DNA of 64,000 nucleotides from Candidatus Sulfomarinibacteraceae bacterium (GCA_963796455.1 CAWCLO010000010.1:1-64000), one strand, 5' to 3'; positions 50,072 through 60,405 are shown, counted from the stretch's first letter. A program made the numbers and translations. The notes: a model not told the origin generated them from the letters alone.

Positions 50072-52380
50072 CAGTACCGCCTCTCGTGAATTTCGTCGAG
50101 CGTCAGGCCCTTGAGTTCCTCCACGAGTTCGACCAGGTTGGCAACCATGATCTCCCACATCAACCGACCCTTTTCGGCGCTCGCGAGCGTCGGGTCTCCG
50201 AGGACTCCGGTCGGCGAGATCTTCGAGGTCTGGGCATACCACTCGATACTGCGACGCGCGCTGAAGTTGAGGTAACGGCTGGAAAACTCGGGCACGAAGG
50301 CCTCGGCCCGGTCCATTTTCACGAGATCGGGCCGGATGGCGAGACTGGTCGAGGTCTCGAACTCTCCCGCGTGGACGTCGCTCTCGGTCTCGCAGAGCTC
50401 GGCCATGTCCACATCCGAAGTCTCGCCGGTATCGACCGCGACAAAGATCTGGGCATCACGGTTGATCATCTGCGCCGCGTACTGAAGCGTCGGGCCGTTG
50501 CCACCGTGGCCGTTGACGATGACCAGCTTGTTGATCCCGTTGCCAGCGCAGGCCATCCCGATGTCATAGACCATTTTCGACAGCGAGTCGTTGCTGACGC
50601 TGATGGTCCCCTTGAAGTCGTCGTGGTGATAGGAAACGCCATACGGCAGCAAGGGCAGGACCAGCGGTTTGGGGTCCGGGCAGGCCTCGGCGACCCGGCG
50701 CGCGAGATATTCGGCATCGAAGGCGTCGGTGTCGAGCGGCAAATGGGGCCCGTGTTGCTCGATGGCACCGACCGGCAACAAGGCGAGATCGACCTCGGAC
50801 AGCCGACTCTCGGCCTCGGGCCAGGTCAACTCTCCCAGCAGGTGTGACCGCCCCGTACCGCCGGCATATTCCTCCCCGGACTCCGCCGCCTCGAAGCTGA
50901 AAGGCTTGAAAAACTCCGGGTCGTCGAGTGGGTGGGCCTCGATCCACACACGGCCGGTGCGTCTGATGGCGCCATCCGCATACTCGAGAAAGATCCGGTA
51001 AAGACCGCGCCGGAGGTCGACCGGGACGGCATCGATCGGCGATCGCTCGCCGTCGATGCGGATCTTCATGATCTCGGTCCGCGGTTTCTTCATCCGAACG
51101 CCCTTCGGCGGCAGCCCGACCGCGCCCCTCTCGACCAGCATGTGCATCAACTGATCGATGGCCGGGGCCTCCTGGTGGGGCGGGGCCTTCTCGAGCGCCC
51201 GCAGACAGGTTTCGATCTGGTCGGCGGAATAGCCGCACCGGGTGGGGTCGGCATCGAGCGCGACCAACATGCCGACCACACGACGGCATTTTTCGCACCG
51301 CCCGCAGGGCCGCACTCGTTCGCCTTCGGTATGGGTAGCGTGACACGAGGTCTGGAAACGTTGGAGATCAGGATAGCGCAGGGCGAGGATCTTCTCCACC
51401 AACATCTCTGAGAGTGGGCGCAGGATCGAGAACTGGCTGAGGGCCCATTTTTTGCGCAGAAAATACCGGCTCATCGCGGTGTCGAAGAAGCGACTCTGAT
51501 CGAAAAGCCCGCTGTAGTGCGGGATGCCGTGCAGCGACGAACGCTGGGTGGTGTCGAACTCGTCGCCAATCACCAGACGCCCGATTCCTCGCGCCCTTAC
51601 CAGAGGAAGCACGCCAAAGGAGAACACCGCAACCGTCCAGAGCCTGATCGGGTACTCGTCAGACCGGACATCTGCAAAGTCCTCACGGATGAAGGGCAGG
51701 TGCCTCAGCATCCGCGAGAAAACACGATCGGAGTTGGTCCACACCCTCGCCGTACGCGGCACATCGGTGGAAAAGTGGCGGTAGGCGTTGAGAGCGGTAA
51801 ACCAGTGTCTGCCGGACTCGTTGACGAAAATCGGGTGAGTTTCACATCCGAGCTCGTCGAGCAGCCCGTGGCTCAAGAGACTCTCTTTGCCGCCCGACGA
51901 GAGCACGACACAGCGGGTGCGATCCGTTTCCCAGGGCCTGGTTCGCGACGGCTCGGCATCGGGATACACGAGCTCGGCCTTGAGATAGCTTTTCCGTTTT
52001 TCGGGCGTCTGGGACGCCGCTTCTCCGATCAAAAAGGGGTTGGGCTCGAGGAACTTCTTGACGTAGATTTCGCGGGCCGTATTGGCCGCCATCTCCGCCA
52101 GCAACCGACGATCGTAGAGGTCGAAGGGGCCGTGGAAGACGATCTCTCGACAGAACAAACCGTAGTTCAGGGCGATCTGGGCGGCGATCACCGAAGCGAG
52201 GTTCAGCGCCCCCTGGTCATTCGGGTCGAAGACATTCTCCTCGTAGCGGTAGATGAGATCGATCGAATCCCGTTCTTTGCCGCGGTGTACCGTGTACGGC
52301 GCGATCAGCCGCCCGGGTTCGAGCCGCACCGGCCCCACTTCGAGCCGGTCGATCACACACAGGGCCTCGAGGCCGCTCAT
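50071..52380 (-). CDS. Fusion of an N-terminal PP-loop (MurL/QueC-like) domain and a C-terminal creatininase-family amidohydrolase
   Basis: SSGGKES and CHA...PCGRCEKC; PVGAIEQHGPHLPLDTD, NGHGGN, HAGEFETS. Confidence 0.8.
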   Translation of the reverse strand: MSGLEALCVIDRLEVGPVRLEPGRLIAPYTVHRGKERDSIDLIYRYEENVFDPNDQGALNLASVIAAQIALNYGLFCREIVFHGPFDLYDRRLLAEMAANTAREIYVKKFLEPNPFLIGEAASQTPEKRKSYLKAELVYPDAEPSRTRPWETDRTRCVVLSSGGKESLLSHGLLDELGCETHPIFVNESGRHWFTALNAYRHFSTDVPRTARVWTNSDRVFSRMLRHLPFIREDFADVRSDEYPIRLWTVAVFSFGVLPLVRARGIGRLVIGDEFDTTQRSSLHGIPHYSGLFDQSRFFDTAMSRYFLRKKWALSQFSILRPLSEMLVEKILALRYPDLQRFQTSCHATHTEGERVRPCGRCEKCRRVVGMLVALDADPTRCGYSADQIETCLRALEKAPPHQEAPAIDQLMHMLVERGAVGLPPKGVRMKKPRTEIMKIRIDGERSPIDAVPVDLRRGLYRIFLEYADGAIRRTGRVWIEAHPLDDPEFFKPFSFEAAESGEEYAGGTGRSHLLGELTWPEAESRLSEVDLALLPVGAIEQHGPHLPLDTDAFDAEYLARRVAEACPDPKPLVLPLLPYGVSYHHDDFKGTISVSNDSLSKMVYDIGMACAGNGINKLVIVNGHGGNGPTLQYAAQMINRDAQIFVAVDTGETSDVDMAELCETESDVHAGEFETSTSLAIRPDLVKMDRAEAFVPEFSSRYLNFSARRSIEWYAQTSKISPTGVLGDPTLASAEKGRLMWEIMVANLVELVEELKGLTLDEIHERRY

Positions 52381-53471
52381 TGCCCGCCAACCCTGGCTGC
52401 CGCCGAGGTCACGACGGATGCGAGACCCTCGGCTCCATCGCGCAGCACATCGAAAACCGGCAAACCCGTTTCGGCCGCGATCTTCGTGATGGCGTCATCG
52501 ATCCCCTCGTCATCGAGTTCTTCGTGGTTGAGGGTGATGGCGACCACGGGACGCTCCGAGATCAGCTCGAGGGCTTCGATCTGACGCTCGAGGGGATGCA
52601 TGGCGTGACCCGGAAATCCGTCGTATTCGACCCGGGCAGGAGCGTGTTGCAGCACGATGAGATCGGGCCGTGCGGCGGCGAGGATCTCGAAGCCGCCCGG
52701 ATAGGCGGGGTTGAGCAGAGAGCCCTGGCCCTCCACGATGATGACCTCGGGGCGTTCTGCGGTCCAGGCGCTCCACACCGCGTGTTCGATTTCACCGGCG
52801 ACGAAGTCGTTGATCAGACTGTCGAGCACGATGCTGTAGCGCGCCCCCTGCAACCACGCTGTCTGCCCGGTCCCGACCATGAGGCTTTTGCGATCCGAGG
52901 CGATCAGGGCGTCGTTGAGAAGCCACGCCGTGGTCCGTTTACCGACCGCCGAGTCGGTGCCGAGGAGCGCCACCTTGAGCGCCTCCACTTCGGAGATCTT
53001 ACTTTCGAAGAAGTGCATCTCGGATCTCGGAGGTGGTTTGCGGATGTCCCGCAATCTGACCCCGTTTGCGGCCGCCAACTCGACCAACTCGGGATCTTCG
53101 CTGAGAAAATCGTGCAGACCGGAATCGACGTGGAGCCCCAACCCGATCGCCCTCGCGACATCCGACCGCGCACCTGCATCGAGACGGCCGCCGTCCGGCG
53201 CCAGCCCGACCACCAGGTACGTCGGGGACCGGCCTTCTGCGACCGCGCGCCGGTGGGCAGACTCGAGATCCCCCTCGATGGGGATTCCCGCCGGTCGACC
53301 ATCGATCACCGTCCCGGCATCCTTTCCGGCGTGCCTCGAGTCCACCACCGAGAGCACCCGATAGCGTTCCGAGCGCCGCACCAGACCATGCGCGGTCTTT
53401 CCGTTGGTGGTAGCAAAAGCGCCCTGGCAGTAAACGATCGCATTCCCCTCGGGGAACTCTTCCTTCTTCAT
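52377..53471 (-). CDS. DUF1611 (DgcN-like) protein
   Basis: GKTAHGL, SGLHDFL, GTDSAVGKRTT, GTGQT, VEGQGSL..PAY. Confidence 0.9.
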   Translation of the reverse strand: MKKEEFPEGNAIVYCQGAFATTNGKTAHGLVRRSERYRVLSVVDSRHAGKDAGTVIDGRPAGIPIEGDLESAHRRAVAEGRSPTYLVVGLAPDGGRLDAGARSDVARAIGLGLHVDSGLHDFLSEDPELVELAAANGVRLRDIRKPPPRSEMHFFESKISEVEALKVALLGTDSAVGKRTTAWLLNDALIASDRKSLMVGTGQTAWLQGARYSIVLDSLINDFVAGEIEHAVWSAWTAERPEVIIVEGQGSLLNPAYPGGFEILAAARPDLIVLQHAPARVEYDGFPGHAMHPLERQIEALELISERPVVAITLNHEELDDEGIDDAITKIAAETGLPVFDVLRDGAEGLASVVTSAAARVGGQ

Positions 53472-54595
53472 CAACGCCTCCCGGTGAGAATCACAACATA
53501 ACGATCATTCGCGAGACCCTCCCGCCGACCCTCGTCGAGCAGTGCGATGAGCCCGGCGGTGGATGCCGGCAGCACACTCAGCCCTTCGCTCGAAGAAATC
53601 AATCGGGAGAACTTCGACATCGAGCGGTCGCTGGCGTAGGAGGCCCAACCCGAGGTGGAGCGAACCGCCTCCAGCGCCAGATCTCCGTCAATTGAATGCC
53701 AATTGATCAGAGGCTCGTTGACGGCCGTTTCACGTATCTTGGTCGGGTCGAGGTCCTGGCATGCCTCGGCATCGTTGAGGAACGACTGCACGATCGGGTT
53801 TTTGCGATAGGAGGAACCCGCGATGATCCGCGGCATGTGCGAGATCTTGCCCCGGCGGTAGAGGCTTTGAAAGCCCTTATGGATACCCGCCAGAGTGGTG
53901 CCGTTGGACACCGGCACCGCAACCGCTGCGGGAGCGTCGCGGAGTTCGTCGTAGATCTCGTACGAGATCTCGCCGTAGGCGCGGAGTTGGATCGTGGTGT
54001 TGGCGCCCCCCGGGTTCGCGTCGTACAGTTCGCGAGATTCGGCCTCCTCGCGCGATCGGACCACCGCCGCCTCGTAGTCGCCGGGCACCGTGATGATCTT
54101 GGCGCCATGACGCTCGATTTCCGGCGCTCGCCGCACCTGGTAACCGGAGGGTACGAAGACCTCGCAGCGCAGACCCCCAAAGGAAGCCGCCAACGCGAGG
54201 GCCGCTCCGTAGTTGCCGCAGGTCGCCGCCGTCACGGTGTCGAAACCGCGCCGCATGGCATCCATCGCCTGCGCGAAGGCAATCCGGTCCTTCTGCGTGC
54301 CGGTCGGATTGCCTCCGTCGAACTTCAGATAGAGTTGACGCAGACCGGTCTCGCGTTCGATGTTTCGCGCCCGTGCCAAACGGGTGTCGCCGACCTCTGA
54401 CTCGAATACGTTTTCAAAAGCCTCCAGCCGTTCATCCATCGAACGACTTCCATCGGAAGCAATCGAGACCTCGGCATCGAGTTCGGGCGGGAGCTGGATA
54501 GGCCGCGCGCCGGCCCCATCCAGAATCGGCAGAACCACGCTCGACTCGTGCTCGGTTTCCTCGATTTTTCCGGAAACTTCCCGTCCATCGACCAT
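53471..54595 (-). CDS. PLP-dependent fold-type II enzyme (threonine-synthase-like)
   Basis: LKFDGGNPTGTQKDR, ATCGNYG, VPVSNGTT. Confidence 0.85.
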   Translation of the reverse strand: MVDGREVSGKIEETEHESSVVLPILDGAGARPIQLPPELDAEVSIASDGSRSMDERLEAFENVFESEVGDTRLARARNIERETGLRQLYLKFDGGNPTGTQKDRIAFAQAMDAMRRGFDTVTAATCGNYGAALALAASFGGLRCEVFVPSGYQVRRAPEIERHGAKIITVPGDYEAAVVRSREEAESRELYDANPGGANTTIQLRAYGEISYEIYDELRDAPAAVAVPVSNGTTLAGIHKGFQSLYRRGKISHMPRIIAGSSYRKNPIVQSFLNDAEACQDLDPTKIRETAVNEPLINWHSIDGDLALEAVRSTSGWASYASDRSMSKFSRLISSSEGLSVLPASTAGLIALLDEGRREGLANDRYVVILTGRR

Positions 54596-55157
54596 AGCCG
54601 ACTCCTCTCCTCGACACTCCGCCCGGCACCTCGAATGTCGCCCATAACAGCTCATTATACGGCCAGAATCAGAATTGCAAACAAAATTCTAAATCACGAC
54701 CCAACAACACTTTAGGGCACCAGGTCACGACCTCGGAGAAAACTCTTAGGGAGGGCAGCCAGACCCTCACGACCCCGTTCCCAGATCAAACCGATCAGTG
54801 TTTCGATGGTCACCCGAATGTCGATGCCGCTCATTTCCCCCCCACATCCTCGTCGCGACGATTTCTCTCGTGTTTTCCTGGGCGTCGAAAGGCGGTTTTC
54901 TCGCGATATGCCGGACGTCCCACCGCCCGCCATCCGGAGAATCAAAGGGCAGTCCACCTTTTTCGTTGCAACGCAATCGAAAATGCGTCACTATCACCGC
55001 CAGAAAAGGCGGGCGACCGTATGTCGAGACCAGTGTCCGCGAACTCACGGGAAGAGAATTGATCAACGAAGTCAACCTCCTCAGCGTTGTCGATATCCTA
55101 GTCCTCCACTCCGATGGTCTCAGTGAGCACACACGAGAAGACGGAGGGTGATGCGAG

Positions 55158-55739
55158 ATGGAGTGGATGACTTCGATTCCGGTCTGGATGTTGTGCATCC
55201 TGATCTTCGTGCTCCGAATCTGTGATGTGACCCTCGGCACCGTTCGAACGGTGGCTATCGTCAAGGGCTACATCAACGTGGCGGTCGTCCTTGGTTTCTT
55301 TGAAGTGCTGATCTGGGTCTTGGCCGTCAGCCAGGTCATCTCCCGTATCAACGAAAGCATCTTTCTCGCGCTCGCCTTCGCCGGTGGATTCGCCGCCGGC
55401 AACGCCGTCGGAATCCTGGTCGAGCGCAGGCTGGCGATGGGGACTTCCGTTGTCCGGATCCTATCCAACTCCCACGGTGTCGAGATTGCCGAGGCAATTC
55501 GCGGCGACGGCCACGACGTCACATTCTTCCAAGGCGAGGGCTCCGACGGGCCGGTGACGCTTGTCTACGCGCTGACACCGCGCCGACAGGCGCGGCGAAT
55601 GCTCGACTGTGCGCGATCCATCGACCCGGAGTTGCTCTACGTCAGCGAGCCCGCCCACGAAAGTTTTCGCGGCGCCGCGCCGCGGCTGCGCCCGATCGCC
55701 CACGCCACCGGCTGGCGGGCGGCTTTCAAGAAAAAGTAG
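55158..55739 (+). CDS. DUF5698/DUF2179 (YebE-like) membrane protein
   Basis: RICDVTLGTVRT, GFFEVLIW, GFAAGNAVG. Confidence 0.85.
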   Translation: MEWMTSIPVWMLCILIFVLRICDVTLGTVRTVAIVKGYINVAVVLGFFEVLIWVLAVSQVISRINESIFLALAFAGGFAAGNAVGILVERRLAMGTSVVRILSNSHGVEIAEAIRGDGHDVTFFQGEGSDGPVTLVYALTPRRQARRMLDCARSIDPELLYVSEPAHESFRGAAPRLRPIAHATGWRAAFKKK

Positions 55740-55880
55740 CCACGACGACGCTTCCCTGCGTCGCCACACGACCCGCTCCAGAAAACGCCGATCTGCTTCC
55801 CAACGAAGACATCAAGGTGAAGAGCCCGTGGCAGAAAGTCCGGTTAGACTTGATCTGATCAAGGGAGTCGATCCAGGCGC

Positions 55881-56312
55881 ATGCCATACATCCTCAGCTG
55901 GATCCGGGAAAACCAGAGCCTCTTCGAGTGGCTGGGGATCTTTTCGCTCCTCATGTTTGTCGGGACCCTGGTGGTTTTTCCTTTGGTCATCGTCTATCTG
56001 CCAAAGGACTACTTTGTCCGATATGACCGGGAGCCGGCGCATCAAAAGCGGCGCCACCCGTTTGTCTGGTTGGTCATCACGATTTTCAAGAACCTTCTCG
56101 GCGCGTCGCTCATCGTGGCCGGGATCGCCATGCTGGTCCTCCCGGGGCAGGGGCTGCTCACACTTGTTGATCGGCGCCACGCTGACCAACTTCCCGGGCA
56201 AGTACACAGTCGAACGATGGCTCGTCAGCCAGCCGGCCGTCGCTAGGACTCTCAACCGGATCCGCGACAAGGCAGGTCGTCCGCGTCTCGAATTACCCGA
56301 GGGCGGGGAGTG
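55881..56312 (+). CDS. PGPGW-type membrane protein; one frameshift near 56162
   Basis: MLVLPGQGLLT then LIGATLTNFPGKY...LNRIRDKAGRPRL in a shifted frame. Confidence 0.75.
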
Positions 56313-57422
56313 AAAACGAGATCCCTGCTCGCCCGCATAGCACTCGGGGTTTTTTCCTCTGCCCTCCTGCTGATGGTTGCCGAGGGGGCGCTCCGGCTCG
56401 TGTGGTCGAATCCCTATGTTCTCGAACTCGACCCCAAACCCTATTTCCGTCTCCACCGACCGGCGATCAGCGCCGCAGTCTCGGCCGAGGGCCTCTACGA
56501 AAGGGGCGCGGCTTTGCGCTTTGCAACGGATGCCGATCGCGCGATCCGAGGCGGTAGCACCAAAGCCCGCAGCACGTCTATTGCCCTCGGCGGCAGCAGC
56601 ACCGAATCAGCGCTGGTGCCGGAAGGACAACGGTGGACCGATCTCCTACCGGGAGGCACCCGCAACTTCGGTGTTTCGGCCAATAGCCTGGTCGAATCCT
56701 ATTGGAACCTCCGTTTTCTGATTGGCGAAGAGGGCCTTCAGCCCGAACGGGTCTTCGTCATGCACTCCGTCAACGATCTGCGGGCGCTGCTGATCGCCGG
56801 CGCCGAGAGCTTCTCCGTCGATCGATGGCGGCAAGCCCCGGTGGATCTCTTCTCGATCGACAACCCCGCTCAGACGGTTGCCTTCGGGATTTCTATTCGA
56901 CAGTCGTCACTCTTGTCGTTCATCAGATTTCGACAGGGTGAGCTTGGAGGGCGCGTCATTCTTCCAACTTCTCTTCACAACCGGGACGCTCAGATGCGGC
57001 TCCCCACTCTCGGGGACGATGCTTTCGTGCGTTTTCGCGAGGCCCTCGAACAGGACTTTTTGCCGATGCGCACCACGGTATTTCTGAAAATCGCTGCATT
57101 CGCCCAGGCGAAAGAGCTACGAATCGCCATCCTCAGCCAGCCCAATGCCTACCGCGTCGACTACCGCCCTTTTGACCACGATCTCCGTCTCTACCCGCTT
57201 GTCGACGGCAAAAAAATGACCCTCGATCAGGCGGCCGAAACCATGACGATCATCAACCGGCACAGCCTTCTGGTCGCGCAACACCACGGGTGGGATGCGG
57301 CAGATGTCGCAGGCTGTTTTTCAAGGCACGATCCCAGCAACCTCTTCTACGACTCGGTACACCTCACCCCGGAAGGCTGCCGGGCCCTGGCGGACTGCGT
57401 TGCCGATGAGCTGGATCGTTGA
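56310..57422 (+). CDS. Membrane-anchored SGNH/GDSL hydrolase-like protein
   Basis: LGGSST, NFG, SVND, YDSVH blocks. Confidence 0.75.
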   Translation: MKTRSLLARIALGVFSSALLLMVAEGALRLVWSNPYVLELDPKPYFRLHRPAISAAVSAEGLYERGAALRFATDADRAIRGGSTKARSTSIALGGSSTESALVPEGQRWTDLLPGGTRNFGVSANSLVESYWNLRFLIGEEGLQPERVFVMHSVNDLRALLIAGAESFSVDRWRQAPVDLFSIDNPAQTVAFGISIRQSSLLSFIRFRQGELGGRVILPTSLHNRDAQMRLPTLGDDAFVRFREALEQDFLPMRTTVFLKIAAFAQAKELRIAILSQPNAYRVDYRPFDHDLRLYPLVDGKKMTLDQAAETMTIINRHSLLVAQHHGWDAADVAGCFSRHDPSNLFYDSVHLTPEGCRALADCVADELDR

Positions 57423-58127
57423 TCAGTCCCGCGAGAGGAAGATCCTCAGCACATACCAGAACATGAGCGCCACTGACGCGAAGAGTTGAAGAGCCGCTCC
57501 CACGTAACGATCCTCGGGAAAATGCCGGAGAATGTTCGAGGTGTCGTAGAGGATGGCGGCACCGGCCAGCCCGACCATCCCGACCGAAAACCAGGTGCCG
57601 AGGTTGAATCCGAAAAGCACCCCGCCGACGATCGCCACCAGGGCCAGCACCCCACCCCACTTCAACAATCCTCCGAGAAAGGAAAAATCCTTGCGGCTGA
57701 GGAAGGCGACCGCAGTGAGGCCGGTAAAGCCGATCATGGTGATGGTGGCAGCACTGGAGATGGACCCCGGCGCGTAATAAAAGGCCATGAAAAGCAGGGG
57801 GACAAAGATCAGCGCTTCAGCGACAACGAAGGCAGCAAGCGCCGCATACTGGGCACCGAGGGACTTGGCGGTGTTGGCGGCGCGGCTGGCGATCCAGCTG
57901 ACGACCACAAAGCCGCCGAGAACCAGCAGCCAGCTGACGCTCATCATCGCTTGCGCGATGGGCCGAGCGAGGCCGCTCTGGAACAAAAACACCTCGATCA
58001 CCACGAAGGCGATGATGGCCCCAAAAAGATGGAGATAGGTGCGGGTGATGAAGGTGGCGCGGGTGCTCTCACCGATCCGAACATCCGGTGAATCGGCGAG
58101 ACGGGTATCGGTAGGTTCATAGCTCAT
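57423..58127 (-). CDS. Bax inhibitor-1/YccA family membrane protein
   Basis: RKDFSFL, ILYDTSNI, AALQLFASVALMFWY. Confidence 0.9.
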   Translation of the reverse strand: MSYEPTDTRLADSPDVRIGESTRATFITRTYLHLFGAIIAFVVIEVFLFQSGLARPIAQAMMSVSWLLVLGGFVVVSWIASRAANTAKSLGAQYAALAAFVVAEALIFVPLLFMAFYYAPGSISSAATITMIGFTGLTAVAFLSRKDFSFLGGLLKWGGVLALVAIVGGVLFGFNLGTWFSVGMVGLAGAAILYDTSNILRHFPEDRYVGAALQLFASVALMFWYVLRIFLSRD

Positions 58128-58232
58128 GGCTCAATCCTTTCATTGGTCCGAAATCCGAGGCGCACGAACAAGACGACAGCACCCGATCTCCGACACAGGG
58201 AAGATCTGGAATACCCTACCAGCATAGTCGAC

Positions 58233-58478
58233 CATAGCTATCCAAGACATATCGTCATGCAAAGTCGCCCGATTGACAACATGTGGTTTACAGGTTGGTT
58301 TTCGGCACAATCAGTTCGCGGTCGTCCCGTTCCCGCGCCCGAGTCCGAGTCCGTGCCGGTATTGCAGCGGCAGCGACAGTGTTCGGCGACAGGGACAGGG
58401 ATCAGCCATCAGTGTTCAGCGGCAGCGTTCAGGAGTCCAGTCGGCGATGCGGCCAACGCCGGGTCATTCAACTGAAGG
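58233..58478 (+). mobile_element. Diverged, ORF-less copy of the left ~250 bp of the element at 44059
   Basis: Collinear shared blocks: gctRtccaaRacaKatcgtcatg, tgacaa..gtgg.ttac, cagttcgcggt, cagcggcagcg, ccgggtcRttcaa. Confidence 0.75.
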
Positions 58479-58484
58479 CGAAGT

Positions 58485-59156
58485 TTATGCCGGGGGGCGA
58501 CCTCGTCTCGGGCCCGGTGTGGTGCGCTTGAGGGTCTGCAAAAGGACCCGACCCGGTCCCGAGAGACGGGTCATGAACAGCCCCTCGCCGCCAAAGGCCA
58601 TCCGGCGGCAGCCGGCCACTCCCTGGATGTCGTAGTCGACCGAATCGGCAAAGGCTGCCAGGCTGCCGGTCGAGACCAACACCGCCTCACTCTCCGCCAA
58701 CTCACGCTCGATGAAATCTCCCGAGCCGTGGACCAGCACCGTGCCGGAGCCCGAGATGTGCTGCAGGAAAAACCCCGCACCACCAAAAAACGCGGCACCG
58801 GCCCGTTTGGCGACCCGGACATCGATCACGACCCTTGGGCCGAAAGCGGCGACAAAGGAACCGCGGGTAGTGATCACCGGCGAGTCATCCAGAGACCACG
58901 CAATGATCTTGCCCGGTTGATTGGCGGCCAGCGTCGCTCGCTGGCCATCGGCCGAGGCCTCGAGAAAGGTGAGTGCAAGGCCCTCACCGGACATCATCCG
59001 CCGTGCCGCTCCACCGGCGCCGCCCGGCACTTTGAGATGCCAGCCCAGCCCCGGATCGAGAGCCACCAACGAACCCTTGCTCGCCCAACAGGACTCGTTC
59101 TTGTCCAGGGTCAGATTCGCGACCTGCGCCAACTCGCCATCAATGGTGTACTGCAT
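58485..59156 (-). CDS. AIM24 family protein
   Basis: RMMSGEGL, FFGGAGFFLQ, FGGEGLFMTRLSGPGRVLLQT. Confidence 0.9.
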   Translation of the reverse strand: MQYTIDGELAQVANLTLDKNESCWASKGSLVALDPGLGWHLKVPGGAGGAARRMMSGEGLALTFLEASADGQRATLAANQPGKIIAWSLDDSPVITTRGSFVAAFGPRVVIDVRVAKRAGAAFFGGAGFFLQHISGSGTVLVHGSGDFIERELAESEAVLVSTGSLAAFADSVDYDIQGVAGCRRMAFGGEGLFMTRLSGPGRVLLQTLKRTTPGPRRGRPPA

Positions 59157-59225
59157 CGCTCCTCCTCGAGACCTCGTGAATATCCTCCACAGTTATACTC
59201 GACACCATCGAAGGGAATTCCACAC

Positions 59226-60041
59226 GTGGACGACAGCCATCTCCTGGATCGATATGTGTCCATGCTCGAGGTCGAACCGGGACAGCCGTCCATCGATCAC
59301 CTCCGGCAGTTGGTGCGTGCCCAACTGCAGCGCGTGCCCTTCGAAAATATCTCCAAGCTGTGGCGGTACAAAAAAACCGGCCTCGAATCAATGGTCAGCC
59401 TCGAGGAACACCTCAACGGCATTGAAAACCACCGCTTCGGCGGAACCTGCTACGCCAACAACTGGTACTTCGGACGGCTTCTTGCCCATCAAGGCTTCGG
59501 CGTGGCTTTCTGCGGCGCCGATATGTCGAAACCGGATGTCCATACCGTATTGATCGTCTCCCTGGAAGATCAGGAATACCTGGTCGATGTGGGTTATGCC
59601 GCGCCGTTTTTTGAGCCCATTCGGCGGGATCTCGAACAGCCAATCAAAATCCCATGGGGAGACAGTCACTATGTCTTTCATCCGACAGATCGGCTGGGAA
59701 GGACGCGCCTGGAATTGTACCGGGCAGACAAGCAGATCCACGGCTACCTCGCCAGGGCCCTGCCGCGATCGCTCGATCATTTCAGGGACATCATCGCCGA
59801 CTCCTTCCGTCCCGACGCCAATTTCATGACGGCGCTGGTGGCGGAGAGGTTCTTTGACATTGGATCGGTCCGAATCCACAATTTCAGCCTCACGGAGGCT
59901 TCGCCCGGGGGGCATGAGACGACGGTGTTCAGTGACCGTGAACAGGTGATTCAGACGGTCGAGGATCACATCGGCATCAAAGCCGACATCGTTCGCGAGG
60001 CCATCGCAGACATTCCGCTCAAGGCCGATATCTACAGTTGA
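59226..60041 (+). CDS. Arylamine N-acetyltransferase
   Basis: VPFENI, GGTCYANN, H, LVDVGY (Cys-His-Asp triad). Confidence 0.88.
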   Translation: MDDSHLLDRYVSMLEVEPGQPSIDHLRQLVRAQLQRVPFENISKLWRYKKTGLESMVSLEEHLNGIENHRFGGTCYANNWYFGRLLAHQGFGVAFCGADMSKPDVHTVLIVSLEDQEYLVDVGYAAPFFEPIRRDLEQPIKIPWGDSHYVFHPTDRLGRTRLELYRADKQIHGYLARALPRSLDHFRDIIADSFRPDANFMTALVAERFFDIGSVRIHNFSLTEASPGGHETTVFSDREQVIQTVEDHIGIKADIVREAIADIPLKADIYS

Positions 60042-60051
60042 CCGCCCCCGG

Positions 60052-60405
60052 TCACATCACTTTGCTCTTGAAATCCTTGATTTCGTTCATGAGCTCGTCG
60101 ATCTTGTCCTTGAGCTCTGCGTCCTGAGTATTTTTCTTGAGTTTCTGGAGGTCGCTCTCGATGCCTTCGAGTGAGGCCGCGGCGGCACCGGCTGCCGCAG
60201 TGGTGTCCATGCCGCTCAGACCGGCTGAACGCCCGGCCTGGCGAAACTCCTGAGCGGCACGGTGAAACTCGCCTTTGAGACGGTTGAGCTCTGATTCCTC
60301 CTCGCTCATCGACGATGGCATGAGCGAGAACTCTCCAGACTGAAAATAGTTGTAGGCGACCAGGCCGACAACGACGACGACGGCGATTGTGATGAGATTT
60401 TTCAT
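60052..60405 (-). CDS. Hypothetical membrane-anchored helical protein
   Basis: N-terminal TM, coiled coil, RBS-like GGGGGG. Confidence 0.65.
   Translation of the reverse strand: MKNLITIAVVVVVGLVAYNYFQSGEFSLMPSSMSEEESELNRLKGEFHRAAQEFRQAGRSAGLSGMDTTAAAGAAAASLEGIESDLQKLKKNTQDAELKDKIDELMNEIKDFKSKVM

Noticed and set aside
54600..55150. Riboswitch or small gene in the 550-bp divergent intergenic region
   Set aside because: No recognisable RNA motif or credible ORF by eye; an Rfam/Infernal search would be needed.
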